A stretch of DNA of 64,000 nt, from contig OZ241907.1 of NCBI GenBank assembly GCA_965203515.1, positions 1,088,001-1,152,000 of the forward strand, given 5' to 3'. The position numbers and the translations under genes were made by a program. The notes below the pieces were generated by a model. That model was not told where the DNA came from. It worked only from the letters and a program-made list of their open reading frames with translations, and searched no databases. How positions within the stretch are numbered: the stretch's first letter is position 1; every line of letters starts with the position of its first letter. Of the stretch, positions 9,299-20,875 are shown in pieces. The DNA comes from Spirochaetia bacterium (GTDB taxonomy: Bacteria > Spirochaetota > Spirochaetia > SZUA-6 > Bin103).

Positions 9299-11326
9299 GT
9301 GGCGATCGCAGACCTCTCCAAGGTAGAGGTCGTCCTGCCCCGGGACGACCTGGACAGCGCCCTGTCCGGCCTGGAGCGCTCCGGGCTGGTGCACGTCGAC
9401 GACGTCCACGACCGCCTGGACGAAGACCTCGCCGCGCAGGAAGCGGAGCCGCCGGCGGCGTCCGCCGCCGGCCGGCAGGCCGATACCGACTTCCTGCTGC
9501 AGCTCTTCCAGCGCTTCGCTCCGATCAAGAAGGGGCTGCTGGAGGAGTTCTTCGGCTCCCCGCCGCCCCGCACGCGCGACCAGCTCTCCAGCCTCGTCGA
9601 CAGCGTCGACGTCGCCGAGCTGCGCGGCCGGCTCGGCGGCGAGCTGACCCGCTTCGAGCAGCTGCTCTCGGAACGGGCGCTCCTGCGGCAGCGCCGGGCC
9701 AATCTCGAACCCTGGCGGACGCTCGACGTCAACTTGGCCGACCTGACTGCCGGCCGCCACACCACGCTGCTGCCGGTCAGGATGCCCGGCGTCGACGACG
9801 CCCTGGCCGCGGCCGCCGGCGCCGGCGAGCTCGGCTCGTCGGCGGCCTGGGTGCCGGTCTCGACCGGCAAGCGCGCCAGCTACGGGGTGCTGGCGGTCGT
9901 GAACGAACAGGCGGCCGACGCCCAGGACGGCCTGCGCCGGCTGCGCGGCGAGGTCGTCGACCTGCCGGGCGGCGCCCTGACGCCCGGCGCCGCGCTCGCC
10001 GCTGCCGACGGCCGCCTGGCGGAGATCGACGAACGGATCACCGAGCTGGAGCAGCGGTTCGCCAACGCGGCCGAGCGCTACCGCGGCGCCGTCCAGGCGC
10101 ACGCCGACGCGGCCTCCGGCAAGCGGGCGGAACAGGAGGCGCGCCGCCGTCTCTACTACTCGAAGCGCGCCGCGGTCCTGATCGGCTGGGTGCGCAGCGA
10201 GCACGTCGATCCGCTGCGCATCGTACTGGCGCAGACCTGTCCGCGCGCGCGGGCGCGATTTTCGGCGCCGGCCGCTGCCGACGATCCGCCGGTCGATCTG
10301 AGCAACCGCACGCTGGTCCGGCCGTTCGAGTTCCTGATCCGCATGTTCGGCATGCCCCGGTACTTCGAGATCGATCCCACGCCGTTCGTGGCGGTCGCCA
10401 TGACGCTGTTCTACGCCCTGGCGCTCGGCGACGCCGGCTACGGGCTGCTGCAGGTGCTGCTCGCCCTGTGGCTGATGCGCCGGTACCAGTCGGCGGGAGA
10501 GACCCGCCTGTTCCTGCGCATGTTCGTGATCACCGGGGTCGCGGCGATGGTGGTCGGCGCGCTCACCTGGAGCTTCTTCGGCGCCAGCCCCGGCTTCGAC
10601 CCTGGCCGGCCCGAAACCAGGATTCTGGGATTCCTGCCGCTCATCACGCCGACGCAGGACATCGTGCCGTTGATGGCCTTCTCCATCGGCGTCGGCGTGG
10701 TCTTCCAGCTCGCCTCGATCGTCGCCGGGCTGATCACCTTCTGGAGATCGGGCCGGCAGCGGGACGCCGTGTTGCAGCAGGGATCGTGGCTGGCGCTGCT
10801 GGTGACGCTGCTCCTCTGGATCGCCGTGCGCGCCGCCGGCTCGGCGGCCCTGGAGACGCCGTCCACGGCGCTGGTGGCGGCGTCCGCGGCGGCGGTGGTG
10901 CTGTTCGGCATCCGGGAGGGAGGCCGCATCGGCCGCGTCCTGGCCGGCATCGTCTCCCTGTACGGCATCGTCGGCTACTACGGGCTGATCGGCTTCTTCT
11001 CCGACGTGCTCTCCTACATGCGCCTCGGCATCCTCAGCCTCACTTCGGCGTTCATCGGCCAGGTCGGCAACCTGATGGGCGGCCTGTTCTTCGGCGGCGG
11101 GAGCGGCGCCGCGGTGGTGATGGGCGCCATCGTCGGCGGCCTCATCGTGGTCCTGTTTCATGCGTTGAACCTGGTCCTCAGCATGCTGGGGGCCTTCGTA
11201 CACTCGCTGCGGTTGAACTACCTGGAGTCGTTCCAGCGGTACTTCGATCCGAAGGGGCGCGCGTTCAACCCGCTGCGCGGCGAGACCCGACACTATCGAA
11301 TCATCGACACCGTCTTGACGCGGTGA
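9299..11326 (+). CDS. ntpI: V/A-type ATPase subunit I (a)
   Basis: PRYFEIDPT, GDAGYG, DVLSYMRL (essential Arg), VHSLRLNYLE. Confidence 0.95.
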   Translation: MAIADLSKVEVVLPRDDLDSALSGLERSGLVHVDDVHDRLDEDLAAQEAEPPAASAAGRQADTDFLLQLFQRFAPIKKGLLEEFFGSPPPRTRDQLSSLVDSVDVAELRGRLGGELTRFEQLLSERALLRQRRANLEPWRTLDVNLADLTAGRHTTLLPVRMPGVDDALAAAAGAGELGSSAAWVPVSTGKRASYGVLAVVNEQAADAQDGLRRLRGEVVDLPGGALTPGAALAAADGRLAEIDERITELEQRFANAAERYRGAVQAHADAASGKRAEQEARRRLYYSKRAAVLIGWVRSEHVDPLRIVLAQTCPRARARFSAPAAADDPPVDLSNRTLVRPFEFLIRMFGMPRYFEIDPTPFVAVAMTLFYALALGDAGYGLLQVLLALWLMRRYQSAGETRLFLRMFVITGVAAMVVGALTWSFFGASPGFDPGRPETRILGFLPLITPTQDIVPLMAFSIGVGVVFQLASIVAGLITFWRSGRQRDAVLQQGSWLALLVTLLLWIAVRAAGSAALETPSTALVAASAAAVVLFGIREGGRIGRVLAGIVSLYGIVGYYGLIGFFSDVLSYMRLGILSLTSAFIGQVGNLMGGLFFGGGSGAAVVMGAIVGGLIVVLFHALNLVLSMLGAFVHSLRLNYLESFQRYFDPKGRAFNPLRGETRHYRIIDTVLTR

Positions 11327-11342
11327 CCCAAAGGAGGCATGG

Positions 11343-11837
11343 ATGGAGATCTCTCTCGGCTTTGCGATCGCCCTGCTCGGCGGGGCCATGACCGCCGGTC
11401 TGGCGGCGTACGGATCGTCGGTCGGCGTCGGCCGGGCCGGCGAGATGGCCGGCGGCGTCATCTCCGAGGATCCCGACCGCTTCGGCCTGATGCTGATCCT
11501 GCAGGCGCTGCCGGCGACGCAGGCGATCTACGGTCTGGTGGTGGCGATCCTGGTGATGCTCAAGCTGAACGCGCTGGGCGGCAGCGGCGCGTTCCTGCAG
11601 ATCGGACTGCAACCCGGACTGGCGATCTTCGCAGCCTGCGTGCCGGCGATGTTCGGCGAGCTGATCTCGCCGATCTGGCAAGGCAAGGTCGCCGTCGCTT
11701 CGATGGGGGCGGTCGCCAAGAAGCCGGACACCTTCGGGCGGGCGTTGATCCTGCCGATCATGGTCGAGACCTTCGGCCTGTTCGCGCTGATCGCCAGCCT
11801 GATCATCCTGCAGGTCGTCATCCCCGATCTGGGCTGA
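11343..11837 (+). CDS. ntpK: V/A-type ATPase subunit K (c), 4 TM, Na+-type signature
   Basis: LPATQAIYG, IWQGKVA and MVETF match Enterococcus NtpK segments. Confidence 0.95.
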   Translation: MEISLGFAIALLGGAMTAGLAAYGSSVGVGRAGEMAGGVISEDPDRFGLMLILQALPATQAIYGLVVAILVMLKLNALGGSGAFLQIGLQPGLAIFAACVPAMFGELISPIWQGKVAVASMGAVAKKPDTFGRALILPIMVETFGLFALIASLIILQVVIPDLG

Positions 11838-11838
11838 G

Positions 11839-12456
11839 ATGGCAGGCGACAATCTCGTCGAGCAGATCCTGGCCACCGCGCGCGCGCGCGGCGAGCAGGC
11901 GCTGCAGGCGGCGCAGGCGGACTACGACGAACGCTGTCGGACGGGGTTGGCCGAGCTTTCGCGCGCCATCGACGACCGGCGCGAGCGCGAGCACCGGCAG
12001 GCCGAAGACCGGCTGCGGCAACGGTTGTCCGGGGCGCGCCTGGAGCAGAACAAGCAGCTGGTATCGTTGCGGCGGCGCCTGATCGACGATCTGTACCGCG
12101 CGGCGTGGGAGCAGGTCAGCAGCGGGGACGCCTACCGCGCCTACCTGGAAGGGGAGCTGCGCCGGCATGCCAGACCCGGCGACCGGATCGTCGTGTCGCA
12201 GCGCGAAGCGGACCGCTTCGCCGGCGAGTTGAGCGGCCTGCTGGCCCGGCACGGCGCCACGCTGGCCGAGGAGCAGGGCCGGTTCCGCGCCGGATTCATC
12301 ATCGAGCGCACCGGGGGCGGTGCGGAGACCGGGGACGGAGGCGGGCAGACGCGCCTCAACTGCACGCTTGATCAGGCATTCGCGCAGCTGCAGGAAGAGA
12401 CCGAGATCGAGGCGGCGCAGGTCCTGTTCGGGGCAGCTCCCGCCGGGAGCGCCTGA
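11839..12456 (+). CDS. ntpE: V/A-type ATPase subunit E
   Basis: Operon position; N-terminal coiled coil, C-terminal AGFIIE..NCTLD. Confidence 0.8.
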   Translation: MAGDNLVEQILATARARGEQALQAAQADYDERCRTGLAELSRAIDDRREREHRQAEDRLRQRLSGARLEQNKQLVSLRRRLIDDLYRAAWEQVSSGDAYRAYLEGELRRHARPGDRIVVSQREADRFAGELSGLLARHGATLAEEQGRFRAGFIIERTGGGAETGDGGGQTRLNCTLDQAFAQLQEETEIEAAQVLFGAAPAGSA

Positions 12457-12463
12457 GCGGCCG

Positions 12464-13456
12464 ATGGCGCGGACCGAGCGCGACTTCAACTTCCTGACCG
12501 GGCTCCTGAAGTGCCGGGAGCGCGAGTTGGGTGACGAGGCGCTGGCGAGGGAGCTGGTCTCCGCGCGCAGCATGGACGAGGTGATCGCCGCCCTGCCGCC
12601 CTGCCGCTTCGCCCGGGTGGTGGCGGCCGACCCGACCGACGGCGGCATCGAACGGGCCGCCGCCGAAGAGCTGGCCGAGCTCTGGAAGATCGTGGCCGAC
12701 CTCGCCCCGGTGCCGGAGCTGGCCGAGCTGGTCGCGGCGCCGCTCGACATCCACAACCTCAAGACCGCCGTACTGGGCCACCTGCGCGGCGAGCCGGCGG
12801 CCGACCTGTACCAGCCCACGGCGCTGGTCGCCGCCGACGTCCTGGCGGAGGTGGGCGAATTGTCCACGGCGCGGGTGCCGCTCCACTACCTGCCGTCGAT
12901 CCGCATCGGCCTTGCCGCCTACTACGAATCGGGGCGCTCGCCGCAGGCGCTGGAGCTGGCGATGGATCGCGCCCGCAGCCTGCTGCTGGTCGACATCGCC
13001 GCGCGGCGGTCGCCGGTTCTGGCGGCGGTCCTGGCCGACTGGAGCGACCTTGCCGCGGCCGAGACGATCATGCGCGGCAAGGACGCCGGGCTGCCGTGGC
13101 AGGTCGTCCGCTGGGGGTCGCACGGCATGCCGGAGCAGGCGCGGTTGCAGGCGCTGTTTGCCAGCCCGACCGGCGAATGGGCGCAGACGCGGATCTTCGC
13201 GCGCCCGCTGCTGACCGCCGCCGTGCAGGCGCTCGGCCGCGGCGAAGCGACGCGGGACGTGATCCTGCGGCTGCAGACCGGGCTGACCGCGCGATTCGGC
13301 GCCTCCCGGTATGCGCCGCCGTCGATCGAGTATGTATATTATTTCATACGGAGAAAGATCACGGATCTCGCCACCTTTCGCATCGCCTGTCTCGGTTCGC
13401 TGCGCGAGCTCTCCGCCGACGCGCAGGCGGCCCGGCTCAACCTGGGGTTCGGCTGA
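12464..13456 (+). CDS. ntpC: V/A-type ATPase subunit C (d)
   Basis: Operon position, about 330 aa, DIHNLKT motif. Confidence 0.8.
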   Translation: MARTERDFNFLTGLLKCRERELGDEALARELVSARSMDEVIAALPPCRFARVVAADPTDGGIERAAAEELAELWKIVADLAPVPELAELVAAPLDIHNLKTAVLGHLRGEPAADLYQPTALVAADVLAEVGELSTARVPLHYLPSIRIGLAAYYESGRSPQALELAMDRARSLLLVDIAARRSPVLAAVLADWSDLAAAETIMRGKDAGLPWQVVRWGSHGMPEQARLQALFASPTGEWAQTRIFARPLLTAAVQALGRGEATRDVILRLQTGLTARFGASRYAPPSIEYVYYFIRRKITDLATFRIACLGSLRELSADAQAARLNLGFG

Positions 13457-13458
13457 TC

Positions 13459-13821
13459 GTGGCGCGCGGCACGGGGGCGACGCACCCGGGGGCGACCTAC
13501 AAGATCGCCATGATCGGCGATTCCGCTACGGTGGCCGGCTTCGCGGCCGGCGGGGTGCAGGGCTTCGCCCAGGATACCGATGATGCGGCGCGGACGCTGT
13601 CCGTGCTGACCGAGCTGGCGAACAGCGGCGAGTACGCGATCATCTTCATCACCGAACCGTTGGCCGAGCCGCTGTTCGACGCGATCGAACGGCTCTCGAC
13701 CGGGGCGGTGCCGGCGATCATCATCGTCCCCGATCAGTCGGGGACCCGCGGCATCGGCTACGAGCGCATCCGCCATGCCGTCGAACGGGCGATCGGCATC
13801 GATCTGCTCGGCGCGAGCTGA
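13459..13821 (+). CDS. V/A-type ATPase subunit F
   Basis: YKIAMIGDSATVAGF, YAIIFITE, VERAIGIDLL. Confidence 0.9.
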   Translation: MARGTGATHPGATYKIAMIGDSATVAGFAAGGVQGFAQDTDDAARTLSVLTELANSGEYAIIFITEPLAEPLFDAIERLSTGAVPAIIIVPDQSGTRGIGYERIRHAVERAIGIDLLGAS

Positions 13822-13843
13822 CGCGAAAGGAGAGGACGCAGGA

Positions 13844-17052
<3,209 letters not shown>

Positions 17053-17079
17053 GCGCCGGCGGAGCGCGGGGAGCGGTCG

Positions 17080-17697
17080 ATGGCGATCGCGGTCAGTCCG
17101 AACCGGATGGAGCTGCTGCGCCTGAAGAAGAAGCAGGTGGTGGCCGAGCGCGGACACAAGCTGCTCAAGGACAAGCTGGAGGGGCTGCTGCAGGACTTCA
17201 CGGAGATCGTGCGCCGCTACCAGACCCTGCGCCGGGAGATCGACGCGGAGATCAACGCGTTGTTCAAGCGGTTCATCATGGCGTCGGCGTCGATGCCGGC
17301 TCCGCTGTATCGGGCGGCGCTGGCGTTCCCGGAGTGCCAGGCGCGGCTGTCGATGCGGGAGCGCATGATCATGAACGTGCGCGTCCCGGTGTTCGACTTT
17401 TCGATCGACGGCAACATGATCTCCTACGGGATCGACGACACCACCAGCGACCTCGACGACGCCATGGGAGCGCTGCGCGAGACGCTTCAGCGCATGGTCG
17501 AACTGGCGGAGATCGAGAAGACGATCGAGTTGGTGGCCGACGAGATCGAGCGGACGCGGCGCCGCGTGAACGCGCTGGAGTACGTGCTGATCCCGCAGCA
17601 GGCGGACACCATCAAGTACATCAGCGCCAAGCTGCAGGAGCTGGAGCGCGGCAACATCAGCCGGCTCATGAAGATCAAGGACCTGGTCGCGATGTAG
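17080..17697 (+). CDS. ntpD: V/A-type ATPase subunit D
   Basis: PNRMELLRLK, RGHKLLKDK, TRRRVNALE. Confidence 0.96.
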   Translation: MAIAVSPNRMELLRLKKKQVVAERGHKLLKDKLEGLLQDFTEIVRRYQTLRREIDAEINALFKRFIMASASMPAPLYRAALAFPECQARLSMRERMIMNVRVPVFDFSIDGNMISYGIDDTTSDLDDAMGALRETLQRMVELAEIEKTIELVADEIERTRRRVNALEYVLIPQQADTIKYISAKLQELERGNISRLMKIKDLVAM

Positions 17698-17715
17698 CGC
17701 CGCCGGCGCGGGCGG

Positions 17716-18857
17716 TCAGTCGCTGCGCAGGGTTCGTTCCCGCTCGTAGCGTTCAATTCCCAGGCGCAGCAGGCGTTCGATCAGCTCGTCGTAGGGAATT
17801 CCCGACGCCTCCCATAATTTTGGATACATGCTGATGCGCGTGAAGCCGGGTATGGTGTTGGTCTCGTTGACCAGCAGGGCGCCGTCGGCCTGGAGGAAGA
17901 AGTCGACCCGCGCCATGCCGTCGCAGCAGAGGGCGCGGTAGGCGGCCAGCGACAGCTCCCGCACGCGCGCCGCGACCGGCGGCTCCAGGTCGGCCGGTAT
18001 CACCAGCTCCGCGCCGTCTGCGTCGAGGTACTTCGCCTGGTAGCTGTAGAACTCGTGGTGCGGGATCACCTCGCCCGGGACCGACGCGATCGGCTCGTCG
18101 TTGCCGAGCACCGCGCACTCGATCTCCCGGCCGGCGATGGCGCGCTCGATGACGATCTTGGTGTCGTAGGCGAACGCCTCTTCGACCGCTTCCGCGAAGG
18201 GGCCGGCAGCCGCCGGCTTGCGGATGCCGACCGAGGAGCCGAGGTTGGCCGGCTTCACGAACACCGGCGAGCCGAGTTGCGCGGCGATCGCGTCCCACGC
18301 CGGCCGCGGATCGGCCGCGCGCACGACGCGGAAGTCGGCCACCGGGATGCCGGCGGCGCGCAGCAGCCGCTTCATCACGTCCTTGTCGAGGCCGACGGCG
18401 GCGGCCAGCACGCCGGGCCCCGCGAACGGGATGCCGGCGGTCTTCAGCAACCCCTGCACCGATCCGTCCTCGCCGTACGGGCCGTGCAGCACCGGGAACA
18501 CCACGTCCAGCATCTGCAGCGCGTCGGGCGTGGAGACGCTCGGCCGCTCGGGCAGATCGAACGGCTGGGCATTCGGCCCCGGGGCGAGGGGGGCGCCGCT
18601 GCCCGGTGCGGCGGCGCGCTCGTCCGCCAGCAGGGTGCGCGCCAGGAAGGCGTCGGGGTCCTCGCGCCGCCAGGAGCCGTGCCGGTCGATGCGCAGGACC
18701 ACCACCTCGTGCGCCGACCGGTCGATCGCGTTCAGGACGTTGAACGCGGACTGGCGGGAGACGTCGTGTTCTGCGGAGCGGCCGCCGTAGATGATGCCGA
18801 TGCGGATGGCGATTCCTACCCCGGGACGGCCCTGCGTGTCATGCGGCGACCTGTCAT
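17716..18857 (-). CDS. ddl: D-alanine--D-alanine ligase (apparent 1-nt frameshift near the 5' end)
   Basis: IGIIYGGRSAEHDVS, FPVLHGPYGEDGSVQG, FVKPANLGSSVG, NETNTIPGFT..SMYP; the conserved N-terminus lies upstream of the first in-frame GTG, and ATG 18857 joins only with one extra G at 18819-18822. Confidence 0.92.
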
Positions 18858-19831
18858 GCGGTGACCTGTGTCACGGTGACTTCGTCGACCAGCGCCTCGA
18901 CCGTCCGGTAGTTGGCGCGCAGCGCCTCCTCGCAGGCCGCCGGATCCCGGGGATCGCGGCCGGGCGGCACGTAGTGGCTGGCGACCGACAGGAAGGCCGG
19001 CACGCCGTGCTCGTGCAGATTGCGCAGCACGGTCCGGTAGTCGGTGTGGCCCTGGCCGATCGGGCAGTAGGTGAAGTCGAGGTCGGGGCCGTGATCGACC
19101 CGCAGGTCCTTCATGTGGAGACCGTGCACGTACGGCCGTACGTTGTAGAAGCCGGCGGTGGCGGTGTCGGATTCGCCGCAGTTGACGTTGTCGGCCGGCC
19201 CCCACATGACGCGGATGCGCGGCGAGTCGAGCCGCTCGGCGATGCGCCGGAAGTTGCCGGTGGTGTTGGTGTAGTTCCAGGGCATCTGCATCAGCACCAG
19301 GTTGACGTCGTAGCGTTCGGCCTGCTCCAGCATCAGCGTGAACGCCTTCTCCAGCTTGTCCATCTCGGAGCGGCTGATGATGCCGCCGCGCGTGGCCCAG
19401 CGCATCGGCCACGTGGGTGATACGCGTCCCTGCGGCCCGCCGGGGGTGTATTCGCCCGGCCAGGCGAAGGTGAAGGTGCATACGTCGCGGAAGCCGAGCC
19501 GAGCGCCGATCTGCATGCCGCGCACCAGCCGCGTGAAGTGCTGCTCGAACTGCGGATGCTCGGCCATCGCGCCGATCTCAAGGTCGGCCAGGTGGACCTC
19601 CTTGAAGACGTTCCCGCCGATCAGCCGCGGCCGCACGCCGTGCGCCGCAAGCCGCTTGCCGAAGCGGTCGGCCTGCGCGTCGGTCAGCTCGCCGATCGAA
19701 CCTTCGTCGCCGAGCGCATGGACCAGGATGTGATCGGCGCCGATCGACCGCACCCGCTCCAGGGCGCGGTCGAAATCGGCGATCTTCAGCTCGCCGACGA
19801 ACACGCCGAGCGTAAATGCGTGGGTACCCAT
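18854..19831 (-). CDS. Sugar phosphate isomerase/epimerase-like TIM-barrel (AP endonuclease 2 fold)
   Basis: HGLHMKD and CPIGQGHTDY..VLR segments typical of the family. Confidence 0.7.
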   Translation of the reverse strand: MGTHAFTLGVFVGELKIADFDRALERVRSIGADHILVHALGDEGSIGELTDAQADRFGKRLAAHGVRPRLIGGNVFKEVHLADLEIGAMAEHPQFEQHFTRLVRGMQIGARLGFRDVCTFTFAWPGEYTPGGPQGRVSPTWPMRWATRGGIISRSEMDKLEKAFTLMLEQAERYDVNLVLMQMPWNYTNTTGNFRRIAERLDSPRIRVMWGPADNVNCGESDTATAGFYNVRPYVHGLHMKDLRVDHGPDLDFTYCPIGQGHTDYRTVLRNLHEHGVPAFLSVASHYVPPGRDPRDPAACEEALRANYRTVEALVDEVTVTQVTA

Positions 19832-19890
19832 GGCCGAACATGAAACATCGGCGCGGCGGCGCCGTGCAAGCGGCCGGACGGTCCCGGGCG

Positions 19891-20847
19891 TCAGCCGGCG
19901 GGGCGCTCGTCGGCAGGCAGGCCGAGCTCCCGGCGCAACGCGCCTTCCAGGGTCGGTTCCAGCCAGCGGAAGCCGAGCTCGGTGAGCCGCGCCGGCGCCG
20001 CCGCCTGCCCCTTGAGGATGAGTTGGTCGCCCATCTCCCCGAACAGGATGCGGATGGCGATGGCCGGCACCGGCAGGAACGCCGGTCGGCCGAGCACCGC
20101 GGCGAGCGTTCGGGTGAACTCCCGGTTGGAGGCGGGGCAGGGGCTGACGACGTTGAACGGCCCCCGCGCGCGCGGGGTAGCGATCAGGAAGCGCAGGGCG
20201 CTCACCGCGTCATCCAGGCCGATCCAGCTCAGCCGCTGCTCGCCGGAGCCGACAACGCCGCCGGCTCCCATCCGAAACACCGGCAGCAGTCGGCTGAGCA
20301 GCCCCGCACGCGGGCTGAGCACCGGTCCGAAGCGCGCGCGCGCCACGCGGATGCCGGCCGTTTCGGCCGGCTCCGTCGCCTGTTCCCAGGCGGCCGCCAC
20401 GTCGGCCAGGAAGCCGCTGCCGGCCGGGGCGGTCTCATCCGCGGCGCCGGCCGCCGCGGCGCCGGCCGCCACGCCGTAGATGCCGATCGCGGAGGCCGAG
20501 ACCAGCACCGCCGGCGGTCTGCGCAGCCGGCCGAGCGCGCCGCACAGCAGCTTTGTGGCCGGTCCTCGGCTGGCGGCGATGCGCTGCCGGCGCGCAGCGG
20601 TCCAGCGGCCGGCGCCGATGCTCTCGCCCGCCAGATGGACCACGGCATCGAACCCTTCCAGTCGACCCGCGTCGATGGCGCCGGCGGCCGGGTCCCAGGC
20701 GATCTCATCCGGCCCGGGCGGCCGCCGCACCAGGCGGACGACGTCGTGCCCGCCGCTCGTGAGGGCGGCGGCGAGCGCGCCGCCGATCAGCCCGGACGCG
20801 CCGGTGATCAGCACGCGCGGCGGCGGCGGCGGACCGCGGTCGGACAT
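19891..20847 (-). CDS. TIGR01777/YfcH-family NAD-dependent epimerase (DUF1731)
   Basis: ITGASGLIG, VHLAGESI..RWT, SASAIGIYG, C-terminal LFGEMG..L.GQ..P..L..GF. Confidence 0.92.
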   Translation of the reverse strand: MSDRGPPPPPRVLITGASGLIGGALAAALTSGGHDVVRLVRRPPGPDEIAWDPAAGAIDAGRLEGFDAVVHLAGESIGAGRWTAARRQRIAASRGPATKLLCGALGRLRRPPAVLVSASAIGIYGVAAGAAAAGAADETAPAGSGFLADVAAAWEQATEPAETAGIRVARARFGPVLSPRAGLLSRLLPVFRMGAGGVVGSGEQRLSWIGLDDAVSALRFLIATPRARGPFNVVSPCPASNREFTRTLAAVLGRPAFLPVPAIAIRILFGEMGDQLILKGQAAAPARLTELGFRWLEPTLEGALRRELGLPADERPAG

Positions 20848-20857
20848 GACGGCGTCA

Positions 20858-20866
20858 TGGTACCAT
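20858..20866 (+). promoter_or_regulatory. Extended -10 promoter candidate for the DUF1156 gene
   Basis: TG-G-TACCAT in the 28-bp divergent gap, 9 nt before GTG 20876. Confidence 0.45.
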
Positions 20867-20875
20867 GATGCCGGC

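Noticed and set aside
17805..17835. AT-rich patch in the ddl 3' end as an antisense promoter
   Set aside because: It encodes the conserved SMYPKLW motif and no matching -35 was seen; too weak to report
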